Source of the DNA: Amoebidium appalachense
Taxonomy: Eukaryota > Protista > Ichthyosporea
DNA length: 64,000 bases
Assembly: GCA_963693365.1 (NCBI GenBank)
Contig: CAVNZM010000008.1
Location: forward strand, 6,334,830-6,398,829
Reading direction: 5' to 3'
Shown piece after piece: positions 1 to 30,751 of the stretch. Both the position numbers and the translations under genes were made by a program. The notes below the pieces were generated by a model. That model searched no databases. It was not told the DNA's origin and saw only the letters and a program-made list of their open reading frames with translations. Numbering within the stretch: position 1 is the stretch's first letter; every line of letters begins with the position of its first letter.

Positions 1-7784
<7,784 letters not shown>

Positions 7785-7805
7785 GGTGCCCGTGTGTGTG
7801 CCTGC

Positions 7806-8208
<403 letters not shown>

Positions 8209-8332
8209 TTGGCGGTGTTGGTGTTGGTGGGGGGGAGAGGGGGGGGGGGGGGGGGGGGGGGGGGGGAAGGGGGTGGGTGGGTGTGGGGCGAGGTGGGGGT
8301 GGGGGTGGGGGTGGGTGGGCGGGGGTGGGGGC

Positions 8333-8367
<35 letters not shown>

Positions 8368-8706
8368 GGGGGGGTGGGTGGGGCTAGGGGTGGGTGCATA
8401 GGCGCGTAGGTGTATGTGTGTGAGTGTGTGTATGCGGGTGTGCGTCAGTGTTAGTGGTGTATATGCGGTTGGCTGGGTGTGTGTGTATGTGTGTGTGTGG
8501 GTGGGTGGGTGTGAGTATATGTGTGTGCTGCGCAATCATGTGTGTGCGTTGAGTGGGTTGGTGAGAGTGTGGCTCGGTATGTGTGGGTGGGGGTGTGTGG
8601 GTGGGTGGATGTGTGCGTGTGAGTGAATGGAGTTTGTGTGTGTGAGTGTACCTGTGCGTGTGTGTGTGCATTGGTGTGCGCTGCATGTATAATGGTGGTG
8701 GTTTGG

Positions 8707-8741
<35 letters not shown>

Positions 8742-8961
8742 TGGGGGGGGGCATGTGGGTGGGGGGCGGGGGAGGGCGGGGGGGTGCTTGTGTGTGTGGC
8801 TGGTGTGTGTGTGTGCCAGTGAGCTTATTCTTGGGGGATATATGGCACGTGCGACATAATCAAGAGGCGTAAAGACGCGTTCCAGGGGGGAGGGAAAAGG
8901 GGGGGTTGGGTGGGTGGGTGTGTTTTTTTTTTCCCCCTTGTTTTTTTTTTCCTTTTTTTTT

Positions 8962-9002
<41 letters not shown>

Positions 9003-9129
9003 GGGGGGGGGGGAGGGGGGGGGATACATTAGACATTTGCAAAACATGGAAGCAAAGGCATTACGACAACAGAAACCGAAAACGGAAAGCAATTGTTGTG
9101 CGGGCAAAACCGGGGGGAGGGGTGGGGGG

Positions 9130-9851
9130 GGGGGGGTTTGAATGCGGAACACAGTACGAAGTACGCATACACGATGAGAAGCATGGTGCAGGACACATGC
9201 AAAGGCAAACATTCAAGTATGCAGCATCAGCCATGCGCACAGTATGCGTCATAAGCAGAGCCCATCCTCAGGGAGGGCCCAAGTCATCAATTGCGTCTGA
9301 GTTTCGACCCCTTAGCCCGCGTATATACGACGCTCCAACTCAGACAGCAGCATCAACTGAACTTGGGTGGGTCAACCCGTCTTGATCAAAGACGAGCAGG
9401 GTTGCTTATGCAAGCAAGGTGAGCAAAACGGTGAAGATGTGTGTGCAAACTAATGCAGTGCAGCGACAAACGCGTGTGCTTACAGATGCACGACACAGAG
9501 CAACCATGCCCGGTTGCATGGAAGTAAAGATGTCTCCACACAGTGGTCTGTCCTGAAAGGACACCTCTGAAAGAAGACAGGGGGGGTTTGAATGCGGAAC
9601 ACAGTACGAAGTACGCATACACGATGAGAAGCATGGTGCAGGACACATGCAAAGGCAAACATTCAAGTATGCAGCATCAGCCATGCGCACAGTATGCGTC
9701 ATAAGCAGAGCCCATCCTCAGGGAGGGCCCAAGTCATCAATTGCGTCTGAGTTTCGACCCCTTAGCCCGCGTATATACGACGCTCCAACTCAGACAGCAG
9801 CATCAACTGAACTTGGGTGGGTCAACCCGTCTTGATCAAAGACGAGCAGGG
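9130..9851. repeat. Two identical 272-bp direct repeats (9130-9401, 9580-9851) around a 178-bp spacer, embedded in poly-G
   Basis: Direct comparison, offset 450 bp. Confidence 0.92.
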
Positions 9852-11034
9852 GGGGGGGGGGGGGGGGGGTAGTCACCGGAAACAGAATGATTCCTAAGTA
9901 CATATTCAGTAGCAGGGGAATAGTCATGGGGGAACGAAGGGGGGGGGGGGGGGGGGGGGAGGGGGGGGGGGGAGGGGGGGAGGGGGGAGGGGATGGTTCG
10001 ATTGCACACATGGGAAAGAAAGGGAGGATGTGCATCTCATGACGTGTGCCAGAGCAGTTGTGTGCATGCGAGAAGTCTATACAGGAAGGGAGGTGACGGA
10101 AGGAGATCGGGGAGCATGGGAGCACGGGGAAGGGGGGAAGGGGGGAGAGGGGGGGGGGTTGAAAGCGTCAAAAAGTACGAAGTGCACACGAACAACGGAT
10201 AACACGATGCAGAGTGTAAACCATACATAAAGAGTATGCATAATAAGCAGGGGGAGGGGGGGAGGGGGGGAAGGAATCAAAAACACGTTTTGCTGCTCGC
10301 ACTCTGATGTGTATTTGCATGAGCCCGCTGTGTGGTTGTGCAGTGTGCATAAGGCACAAACAGTGAGAAACAGGCGTGTTGTGTACATATCCCCCCCCGC
10401 CCCCCCCCCCCCCTCCCTTCCCCCCCCCCCCTCCCCCCCCCCCATCCCAATCACTTCTGGTTATGTGTGTGCTTGCCTGCCTGCCTGCCTGCCTGGTTTG
10501 TGTGTGTGTGTGCGTGCGTGTGTGTGTGTGTGTGTGCACGTGCGTGTATGCGCGCACACGTGTGTGTTCGTGCGTGTGGTAAGTGTGTTTGTGCCTGCAT
10601 GCGTGTGCGCGCTTGCAGGCGCGTGTGCGTGTGCCTGTGTATGTGCACCTGGCTCTGTGTATTCACCGTGTGTGTCCGCGAGAGAATGTGTGTTTGTATG
10701 AGAGAGAAATAGTACGTGTGTGTATGCACAGATGTGCGTATTCGTTGGTGTGGGTGCCCGCGCACGCCTGCCCGCGCGCATATCAGTGTTTGACAGAGTG
10801 TGTGGGATGTGGTGTGTGTCCTTAGTCCTGTTCTGTGCTCGTGGCAAGTGCACACCCAGAGTTGGAAGAAACCCCAAATCATAAGTGTCATGATTTTTAA
10901 AGTAATATTTAGTAACCACAGGGGAGATTCCACGCACGTCCATACTACACGAGTAGCTAACGCAGCGAAGCACGGGGGAAGGGGAAGGATAAGAAGGGCC
11001 GGAAGAGGGGGGGGAGGGGGGGGGGGGGGGGGGG

Positions 11035-11187
11035 TTTGAATGCGTCAAAAAGTACGAAGTACACAAGAACAAACGGATAACACGATGCAGAATGCAAGCC
11101 ATACATAAAGAGTATGCATAATAAGCAGAGCCCATCCTCAGGGGGGGGCCACGTCATCCACAGAACCCGAGTTTCGACCTATTCCCC
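11035..11187 (-). repeat. Representative copy of an intron-resident repeat family; other copies at about 5797-5905, 9137, 9587, 10159-10250, 28500-28562 and inverted at 45748-45848 and 46365-46420
   Basis: Shared core (G)nTTGAATGCG..AGTACGAAGTA..AACGGA..ATGCAGA.TG..AATAAGCAGAGCCCATCCTC. Confidence 0.8.
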
Positions 11188-13319
11188 TCGGGGGAGGGGA
11201 GGGGAGGGGGCGGGGAAGGGGGGAGGGGGGGGGGGGGAGGGGGGTGTAAAGGGCCCGTACCTTCCCGCGTGTGTTGCTAGCAGTGCGAGCTATCTGTATG
11301 TGTCCATGGCAAGAAGTGCGCAGCAATATGCCTATGTGGCTCACAACGAAAGCCGATAGAGGCCAAAGGCTGGGGCAGAATCTACGGCTCAGCAGAGAGA
11401 TTACTTGATGATTAATGCGGACAAATGCGTAGGAGTGTGCGTGACATGAATGATGAAGCTGCTTTGCTCGTCGGACCCCTGTGAACTACGTCGTGGGCCA
11501 AGATGATGGGAGATTGCACCCTTCGAGTAGAATAAACATAAGAGTATCACGCACGCGTTCAGACAGGATCTACAAAACTAGCTTTATCTATGCTCAGTAA
11601 TAAGTCGTCACTTTCAAAAAAAAAAGTAAAAAAATGCTATACTTTAATCCAGGAAGTAAAAAGATGACAGCTGTATTATAGCAAACTATTTCACCAAAAA
11701 AGGGCTCGGTACATCATTCTTCCGAGTCCTTGATGTGGTGTGCCCCGATTCATAACAGCTACATACCATATACTCATTGGTGAACGCGCGCTGTGCCTGT
11801 GGCTATGTGCGTTCTGCCGTTGGTCCCTATTTTATTCAAGATCGGCTAAATTTTCAGGTAATCGTATTGTCAATAATCATTCGTTCAGACTGCAAGGTAG
11901 GCCAAGATGACTTAACTTGTTATTTTATGCTAGCGGGATGTGTGTTTTTACTAGATTATTTTTATTCTGGAGTATATCTATTGTGCTGTGAATTTTCTAT
12001 TATCAAACATTGGGGCGATCTCGTTAGTTAGCGTTTAAGCTGTCCCAGTACGATTGGTCGATCGTTATCGCGGCTAAACCCGAGTCTCAGGAACGTGACC
12101 TGAACCTTCTTCACTTTTTTCGTCTTCTTTCCTCCTCCCCCCCTCCCCCCCTCTTTTTTTTTGGCTGACGTGCCACTACAAAGTGCACGCGCACGGCATT
12201 AAAGCGGTCGAGCCCTAAACCACACGAGTGCATGTAACAATGCGCTGCTCGCCTTTGGTACATTGCCCGTTTCCATCGCCGAATCCCAAAAATGGATTTC
12301 GCGGTCATACGTAGTTGAGTGACAGTTGCATGCCCTGTGTGCAGGGAAGCAAGCACCCAACTCAATGGTATATGTATTGTGAATCAGGGCATAAAAAAAC
12401 TGCATGATTCCGCAAAATCCGCGCATATCCTCAAGATGGGAAATGCGTTCGTCAGCTTGCTTCTGATGGTTCGGCCATTACAAAGCTAAAAACTTCGCTG
12501 TAGGCTCACCATCGCCATGCCTGCCTAGACTGACTCATTGGATATGTAGCTATAGTGACCCAGTGATCCCGAATACTCCAGCAGGCTGCTGATATTTGTG
12601 ACTTTTACATATACAGTCCGCAGGGGCTCGGTTTGAAGTTGCCTCTGCCACCTTGAACGGTAAAGTCTGCATTTCCCACAATGAATATTTAATAGCTCCT
12701 GAGGCTCAGTCTCACCCCAGAAGGGGGAGGGGGAGGGGGAGGGGGGGGGGGGGGGGGGGGGGGGGGAGGGGGGGGGGGGGGGGCAAACAAGTGGGGAGAA
12801 GGGGGGGGGGGAGGGGGGGGGGGGGGGGGCATCCGGGCAACCGAGCAGATGTGCCTGCCCCAGCTCATGTTGATTCAAGGGAGATTAACTTACCTCTGCC
12901 CATTCCCCCCGGTTGCATGCACTATACATTTATTTGCCATGCAGCTGTCATATCTCATGATGCAATCTCAGGCATGCAGCACCTACATAACCAGCAGTAC
13001 AATTTTACGTCAAGGCCTCCTACTCTGAGTCAGAGGAGGAGGCCTTGTTTTACGTCTGACATGAACACCCCCCCCCCCCCCCCCCCCCTCCCCTCTCTCT
13101 CTCTCTCCACCCCGGAGTACGTCTTTACTCGATCTTCTCCCGGAAGGCCTCCGAGTCCCGAGGCATTTTTAAACATTTCCCAAGTTATGCATCTGGCAGC
13201 CAAAGCGCCCCCACCCTCTGACCCTACTAAGTCTTCCCCCTCCGACACAAAGGGTCTCCCTCCCCTCCCCCCCCCCCCCCCCCCCCCCCTCCTCACCAAA
13301 GTTCGTAGGTTCTGCCCCC

Positions 13320-13351
<32 letters not shown>

Positions 13352-14555
13352 AACCCCCTCCTCACCAAAGGTTCGTAGGTTCTGCCCCCCTCCTCTCCCC
13401 CCTCCCCCTCCCCCCTCCCCAGGCATGAAAGTTTTTCTTTTGACTGGATTTATTCAACCGAAAGCCGAGAGTGATGCAAGTATTCACGGCATACTCAGAA
13501 GGTAGTAAAGAAGAAAAACACTTCATGAGTTATCCAGTAACAAATGCACACTAAGCCTTCTGAACACTATGTGAAAATCATGTAGAATCTGATACTCAAT
13601 GCGACGACCAACAGAATCCAATAGGAAATCTACAGTATTCATATTGCCTGCCAAAGTAGCAGACACCCACGGCCGTAAGACGTCTGGGGGACAAACGGCG
13701 ACATAAAAACTCCCAAGCCATGGTAGGCTCTATGTAACCAAAAATCGAAAAATTCAACGGGAATATCTTCATTGTTTCGTGTTCTTCAGCAGCTCATTCT
13801 GGGCAACGACCATAGAGAGCTCTGGCACAGCAGATAGATCCGTGAATGAGGCACGGTCAATGGTCTGGGCCACTAAGCGCCAAAACCGTTGCATGAAAAT
13901 ACAGCCATGCAATTGTTATGGGTTCGAGTGGGTGGCCCCCAAGGCAAGTGTGAGCAAGACCCTGACTTATGCTGGATGTTGGTTTCGACTGCTTGATTGT
14001 GGGAAATTAACCTGTTTTGCCGGGTCTAATTAATTTGCCTCTCTGTGTTCAAGGTGGTTGGCAATGCTGAAGAATATCATTATTTCACATACTTTTGTGT
14101 CTGCCTCTGGAGCGAATTTCTTGGGGGAGGGGAGGGGGGAGGGGGGGGGGGGGGGGGGGGAGGGGGGGGGAGTGGGGATTTCACTTCTTCTTGCTGTAAG
14201 CATGTGCTCTTGAGGGAGAAGAGGTCAAGTCACAAAGGTTTTCACTACAGTTGCTCATTGTTCAAAGTTTATGGGCTGCAAATCTTAAAGTGGAAGGAGG
14301 AAGGACTCGGAGCTCGATTATTAAATACAATGGGATCAGGCACTATCTAGACTATGCACGTGGTACAGGTGGGGGGGGGGGGGGGGGGGGGGGGGTGAGG
14401 GAGAGAGAGAGCGCGCGCGCACGCGAGAGAGAGAGAGAGAGAGAGAGCTGAGAGAGAGGGAGAGAGAGCACGCACGCGCACGAGAGAGAGAGGGGGGGGG
14501 GGGGGGGGGGGAGGGAGAGAGAGAGGGGGGTCAGAGAGAGGGGGGAGGGAGGGGG

Positions 14556-14685
<130 letters not shown>

Positions 14686-14808
14686 AGAGCCTCCCCCCCC
14701 CCCCCCCCCGGATCTTGGAAATTCGAGATTTTTGTGCTCATGTTATAGGTTTTTTTTTTTGTTTTTGTTTTTTTTGTAGTTGGGTTCCATTTTTTTATTT
14801 TTTTTATT

Positions 14809-14849
<41 letters not shown>

Positions 14850-15127
14850 GGGGGGGGGGGGGGGGGGGGGGGGGATGCACTGCATACTTAGAGGCAACAG
14901 TTAAAACATCAGGAGTTATTAGTTCAATAGCAAATGCATACTATCACAGTACTGAGATCACTGAGGTACCTGAACACTGTATGAAATTCATTGGCACGGC
15001 GACTGTCACACACACACACGTACACACGCACACAAGCACCCACATACGCATGCATGCACACATGTGCCCAAGTGCACACACGCATGCACGCGCGCACACA
15101 CGCACGCACACACACACACACGCCACG

Positions 15128-15168
<41 letters not shown>

Positions 15169-15910
15169 ACACACAGACACACAATGACACACACACACAC
15201 CGTGCCACACAAAATACACTGCTCTGTTAACGTAGCAGATACTCGTAAACTTACCGTAGTTAGTCGACACAAAACGTCACATCACTCCACATGCTTTCAA
15301 TTATAAACTTCAGAAAATATCATTAAGTTTCAACAATTGCACACAAACAAGCACACACACACACGTGGCCATCATACACAGTTCGTGCACTGTGACACCT
15401 GAATTGGGTACACGTGCAAGTGCAGTAACAATGCCATGAAACAGAATCTGACACAGGCACCATAACGAATCACGGTGTCATCAAGTTTTCTTTCCGTTAA
15501 GCAACAGTTTGTGCAACTGCGAATCAGCGAATCGGGAACTGCGTGGAGTCGAGCTCATGCAGTGAAACGGATCATAGGGTTGCCCAACCTCAGAAGCCGG
15601 GGCTATCTTTTTTTTTTTTATGTTATGCATTAATGTCTGCTGTTTGATTGTGGGACGTCCCCCCCCCCCCCCCCCCCCCCCCCCCTCCCCTCCTCCTCCT
15701 CCTTCCTCCCCCCCTTCCCTCTCTCCTTTTTTTATTTTTTATTTTATTTTATTTTATTATTATTTTTTTTTTTTGTGGGGGGGGGGGGGGAGGGGGGATT
15801 GTATCATGAGGTGTATAGCCTTAGCAAGCGATTTTTGGTTTATAAAATTTGAGTCCTGTTAGTGACTGTATATGCAGCGTTGCGAAAAACAGAGTTCGGT
15901 TTATAAAAAA

Positions 15911-15963
<53 letters not shown>

Positions 15964-17391
15964 ACAAAAAAAAATTTAAAAAAATTAAAGTGAAAATGTT
16001 TATCACAGTTCCTAGTAATGTGAATATGCTAGGCTGCAGCTACTTTCTAGATGAGTTCAAATTTACCTCCTTTCCCGTCCTGCCTTGGGTCCCACCCATC
16101 CCTCTACCTCACTACACAGAACAGTCACGTATTGTGGAAGTGAGATGACATTGTGCTCATTCCCCTCCCTCTCTCTCTCTCTTCTCTCCCCTCCCCCCCC
16201 TCCTTCCCTTCCCTTAAGCTCTCGCCCTCTCCCCACCCCCTCCCCCCTTTAACCCCCAAACTTATGTGTCGTCAATAATATTCCAAAAGTATTTCCGGAT
16301 TTTCAGATCTAGATTCTTGGGAACGGGTTGAACTTATTGCAACGGTCACTAGCTACGGTAGGACTGAATATTGGCGCGACACCATATTTTCTTTTTCTAA
16401 TGTTTCCCCACGCCCGTAGGCCCTGGGGAAGAGCTCAGGCGCAGATGTGCACGTGGAGAACCCACACACTGTAACACCCGGAGGGTATCTGTCCAAAACA
16501 AAACAAGGGATGATATGACTGTTGGATATGATCTATATTGACCCTTAATGATTCACAAAAACGTGTCTCGGAGAACTTGGGCCCACATATCACGGCGTGT
16601 CCAAAACCATTTAGGACCGTGTATTCACTTGATTATCCTGAGTTGAAATATTTAGGTTTTTGGATGGGTCGTCTCTGCTGCCACCCAGAAACAGGAAACA
16701 GTGGAGAGAGAAGGGAAGGAGATGAAAGGGGCAGGGGGGGGGGAGGGGGGGAGAGGGGTTGCCAAGGGCCCCCAATGGGAGTACAGTTTAAGTTACACAT
16801 GATGGTGGGTTGGTGGTGGTGGTGGTGGGTTGGGGGGGGGGGGGCAAGGTGAGGGGGTGTGGGTGGGTAGGTGGGTGTGGGTGGGGGGGGTGAGGGTTGG
16901 CCTCCAGCTTTTGCAATGCCCATATTTAGGTTCCTGAAATTCTTACACCAACCCAGACTAGTTGTATACACTCAGAATATCAGCCTGTTATCGGAAAGCA
17001 GAGCTATAAAGCTGAAGAATGCCCTATGTGGTGTCTAAGACTATATGGGTTATCAAGTCTCGCCCCAGCGGAGCATGATCATTGCATGGTGGACACCTTG
17101 TAATAAATCAAATCCTAAAGTGTTTAAAATGCAATAGATGCTTATTGGGTGTGGGTGTTGATACAGTGTGTGAGTGTGTGCTTGTATGTGTGTGTAGGCC
17201 TACATAGGGGCTGGAGGGTATGTGAGTGTGTATGCGCGCGCGCACATGTGTGTGTGTGTGTTGGGGGGGGGGGGGGGGGGGGGGGAGGGGAGGGGAGGGG
17301 GGAGGCTTCACAATCAACACTAATTGATTTATTCCCCAAGCAGGCTGAGAACGGGGATAGGCGTGGTGGTGTTGGTGGTGGTGGTGGTGGT

Positions 17392-17441
<50 letters not shown>

Positions 17442-17728
17442 GAAGCTAAGTCGGCGAAGGATTAGACTATTGTTGTTGAGCGTGGACAAGCATATGCATC
17501 ATGTTGCGCAAACATGCACCACACACGTGCATAATGAATGATTGCACACATCAACCCCCCAACCAGTTCTTGGTGCCTGAAGCTTCTATTTATTGACAAA
17601 AAAAGAGGGTTCGATCGATGCATGATCATTTTCCCAGAGAGTGCCTTTATACCCTCCCTTCGAGGGCCCCATCCCATCCCCTTCCCTCGTGGCACCAATC
17701 CCCTTCCCCCCCCCCCCCCCCTCCCCCC

Positions 17729-17760
<32 letters not shown>

Positions 17761-17997
17761 ACCACCATTCCAACCAAAAAGATAGTAGCTCAGTGGAAGA
17801 AGAAAACCTTGTATGTTCCCACAATCAAACATCAAAAAGGCAATGTTCACCCAGTTTGGTGACCTCCCAACTTCTTGGAGCATGCCTTGACATGGGTGAA
17901 CCAAGTCGTGAATACTGTGCATTTTGTACTTTAGTATTGAATCTGAATAGAGGTCACCCACACACCAAATTCAGAGGAAATAGTTTTTATACAAACA

Positions 17998-18149
<152 letters not shown>

Positions 18150-18171
18150 AACACACACACACACACACACA

Positions 18172-18210
<39 letters not shown>

Positions 18211-18682
18211 GCGCGCGCGCACACACACGCGCGTGCGTGCGTGCACGGCACACGTACCACACACACATACACGTACACAGAGAGAGAGGTCATCAACCCG
18301 TGTATAACCAGTGTATTTTATTCACCCTCCCCGGAATGAATGGTAACATGTTAATAGTACAAACACGTATACAATGAAGGTGTGGGATCCGGGTCAGCAG
18401 GACCTTATCCATTTATACTATCTCTACCCTTTCCCCTTCCCCCCCCCCCCCCCCCCCCCCTCCCCCCCTTCCCCCCCCCCCCCCCCCTCCCCCCCCCCCC
18501 CCGATACACACACACAGCGAACAATTTTGAAGACACACCATTGGTGATTGGCTTGCCCTTTCATTCTAGGCCCTTCCCAAGCCAGTCCGATTACACCAGT
18601 GAAGACAGTACAAAGGGCAAACTTGAGCCCCAGTACAAAGGGCAAACTTGAGTACCCCCCCCCCCCCCCCCCCTAGCCAACC

Positions 18683-18755
<73 letters not shown>

Positions 18756-19200
18756 ACAGACTGCTAACTGTGCTGCTCCGTAATGTTCCAGACCTGGATG
18801 ATGTGCGAAGTTTGATGCATTATCAGTGCACACAGGCACACCGCGCTGTCAGAAAATTACTGGGTTTCTTAAGCATCAGTTTTGGGCAACGTTCCCCTGG
18901 AATCCACTATAGGCATGGAGTTAAGAGCCATGCAATGAAAGTGGGTCATTGGGTTGCCAACCTCATGAAACCGAAGCTCTTTTGTTCTCTTTGATTGATT
19001 TCTACTGTGTGATTGTGGGACATAACGGCCTTTCTTTTCCCTTTGTTTTTCGGATTTGTCACAAATAAACGGTATTTTATGTGATTCATAAGATGTATAT
19101 TCTACCTACCATGAACATCACCGCCGTGCCATATAGTAGTGCATATGTTCGACATGGGTAAAAATCATGCTCGGGTGTGCCAAAAGAGCATGCACGTGCT

Positions 19201-20089
<889 letters not shown>

Positions 20090-20094
20090 GCGCG

Positions 20095-20174
<80 letters not shown>

Positions 20175-20522
20175 GACACTGCACACACACACGAATCACA
20201 CATTCGGTTGACCCTTTTGATCAGATCCTCATTGGCTCGTTTTCCAGACACCCTATTAGATCAGCGATCTGTTGGCTGGTCTTACCATAAATGGTATGAC
20301 AATCTGGGTTGCCATATTTGGTCAATGGGGGTCTCGGTTGGGGCTTTTCCGTTGTTTAAATCGCCCAAAGCAGTGTTTATGCTCAAAAGTATTTCATTTT
20401 TTTCTTTTTTCGGCAAGTGTCTTTTTTGTGCAGGGTGTATATTAAGATTTAGGGTTTAAGGAGCGTCGGATACTACTCTCAGAAATCAACCTTGTGGGGG
20501 CAGTGGCGGTGGCGGCGGCGGG

Positions 20523-20558
<36 letters not shown>

Positions 20559-20647
20559 GGGGCAGCAAGAGAGAGAAGAGAGAGAGGGGGGGGGAGGGGG
20601 GGGGAGGGGGGGGGTGGGGGGGGAGAGAGAGAGAGAGAGGGAGGGAG

Positions 20648-20760
<113 letters not shown>

Positions 20761-22442
20761 CGGGCAGTAGCAGGGCTGGGGGGGGGGGGGGGGGGTTGTG
20801 AGTGCGCAGGTGCTTATGGAAGCGCCAAGGGTGTGTCTGTGTAAAAAAAAAAAAAAAACTTTCTGTGTGTTTATGTACCACACCAAGGCCGTGATGGTGT
20901 GCACGGCGTCATGTGTGCGCCAACATGTTTGTGTTATTATCTAAAATGAGTGGGCATGTTTGCAATAACGCAAATGCACTCACAAACATATACGATGCTA
21001 ACTTTTTATCGCTGAGAACCAATATCTCACTGAGGCGGCAGGAGAACAGAGCAAAGGACCGAAGGGTGGAGGGGTTCCGGGACACTTTCTATGCACGTGG
21101 AAGGGGGTGGAGGGACGGCAAGGGGGATAGAGAGAAGTGTTAGTGTTTGTGTGTGTTGGGGGGGGGGGGGGGGGGGGGGGGGGGAGGGGGGCGGCTGGGG
21201 AGGGTGGTGTATTTTGTAGTGTATTCACGGTATTTTCGTATACTTATGTTGTGTGTCGGTGTGTATAGGTGTACAAGAGCAGACCGTGTAAAACCAGCTA
21301 TGCTATAAGGTTCTCAGCCAACAGTAGTTACACCAAAGAGGGGTGAGGCCTGGGGAGGCCGTCACCACACCCCCCTATCTACTGTGTGGTCTAGAATGGA
21401 TCTAGTGGACTAGCGCTAAAGTCCCTGCCCCAGGCGTCCTTATAGCTATGCGTGCTGGTGTTGCCGGTGTATGGCGTGTGTGCTAACCCCCTAAGCACAG
21501 ACGAGAAACTTTACGGGAACTGCTGTACACTGCAAAGAAGTTGTGTGTGTGTGGTGTAATGATTTCGGGCTACAGTTTTCCAATAGCTTGCTATCAGGAC
21601 AAGATCTATTCCTATTGGTCGAAAGTTAAATGTGGATATATGGGTGTATTTCTGATATCTCATTGGTGACTAACACTATGCATTTATCCAATCCGATAAT
21701 AGCAATTGTTCAACCGTGTTCATCTATGGTACGTGGGTTCATTTTACATTAGGAGCTATCTAATAACGTAAACATAATTCAAGTAATAAATTATAAAAAT
21801 ACTATTGAACCAGAAACCGAACTAGTTTAGAGATGAATCAACATTTTACATGCAACCAAAATTCAAAATATATCTACAAGTTAGAATTTTGATATACGCA
21901 CATATCCTTTCCCACAGATCTATGGTCTAGATATCGATCTATTTCTGATATACGGGTGTCTGCGTGTATACGTGTGTGTAGGTGTTTGTGTGTGCATGGT
22001 GTGTGTATGTTGTATGTGATTGTGGGTGGGTTTGTATACGTGTTTGTGTGTGTGTGTGTTATGCAGATGTGGTCACCCCGGGTTGTTGGGTTGGGTGGGG
22101 AGAGGGGGGAGGGGGGAGGAGGGGGAAGGGGGAAAGGGGAGAAGGGGAGAGAAGAGGAGAGAAAGAGGGATGGAGGAGGAGAGGGGGGAAGGACGGGGAA
22201 TGGAGGGGAAGGGGGTTGTTTATATCTTAGCTATCACTAACCATACCGAGGTACTAAGGGGAAAAAAAGGGAAAAAGGGGAAAAAGGGTTGGGGTGGGGG
22301 AGAGGGGGGGGGGGGGGGGGAAGGGGGAGGGGGCGGGGGCGGTTAGTATAAGGAAGTTAGTATGGGTAGTGGGGGTGGGTTAGTGGGGTTCCGATGGGAT
22401 CTGTGTGTCTGTGTGTGCTTGTGTACGTGTGTGCGCGTGCGT

Positions 22443-22490
<48 letters not shown>

Positions 22491-22507
22491 GGTGTACGCG
22501 CGTGCAG

Positions 22508-22580
<73 letters not shown>

Positions 22581-22989
22581 GTGTGTGTGTGTGTTAGTGG
22601 ATGTGTGTGTATGTGTGTGTGTGTGTGGATGTGTATGTGTGTGGGGAGGGGAACTCTGTGAGTAGTTCCTAACCAGTCCTAGCTAGCTCCAGTGCGTATA
22701 CGGTCGGGCTCACTTGTCCAGTGCTTTAGCTATAGCCTCAATGTTGGGGCCCTGGTTCTTTCTAGTTTTCACCCCGTATGCTGCTCCAATACTAGTCTGC
22801 CTATCCTCTCTGAGTGCCTTAGTGTATGCGGCTACGAGAAAATCTTTTCCTTTTCCTTTCCAGTAAGCTACGACACGATTATTGGGGGTATCAGGTTGAT
22901 TATTCAACGTCCCTACTTCACCTACGGGGGCCACCAGTGCTTGGGGTGGGGGGAGGGTGGGGCAAGGGATGGTTTCTTCTGTGCTGGGG

Positions 22990-25990
<3,001 letters not shown>

Positions 25991-26056
25991 AACCCCCCCC
26001 CCCCCTCCCCCGCCTGCCCCTTCCCAACACACACACACACACACACACACACCGTG

Positions 26057-26160
<104 letters not shown>

Positions 26161-26563
26161 CCACTGACACATGCGCACATCCTACTGGCAATATTCACAT
26201 TGCCACTGTTGCTGACATACCCGAAAAGAAACACACACACGCACACGCAAAAAAAGGGGACTACAGAAAGCCCCTATTACACCCGGTCCGTTGACCGTGC
26301 CATATATATAGGGTCTCAAGGCAGTTGTTACATCATTGTTTAGCTGTTTTATTCTCTAACTGGGAGTTACGGAAAATGTCCTAATCACGGGTGTATAGCG
26401 TCAGTAGGGTTAAAGAATAACTTCACGACTGCACCCGTGCAGCCACGGTTAGTGCTTGTTCGGCCCTTAGATCACGGGGCAACAACCCAGACAGATAGCT
26501 ATGATACTGCCCAGAACACTCATGATCAAATCATGCTATCTAACCCCCTCCCCACCCCTCCCC

Positions 26564-26601
<38 letters not shown>

Positions 26602-26824
26602 AAGGGAAAAGACAGGGTCCCTCCCTCCCCCTAAAACTGAAAATAAAGAATAATAAAATAAAAATCAAATAAACAAAAAATAAATAAATAAAATCAACAG
26701 TTAAAAAAAAAAATTGACAAGGAAACCCCAGCTGCACAATGGAATTACAGTCATCAGCCACACACTAATCACCTGTCTGGGCGTCCTGCAGGCACATCAT
26801 CGCTTTACCCCTTCATTGATGACG

Positions 26825-30751
<3,927 letters not shown>

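Noticed and set aside
11120-11185. CGAAAC and CTGAGGA on the minus strand of the intronic repeat, suggesting a hammerhead; TGATGA/CTGA suggesting a C/D snoRNA
   Set aside because: CTGA sits in a hairpin loop, the three helices cannot be built and the C box is not conserved between copies.
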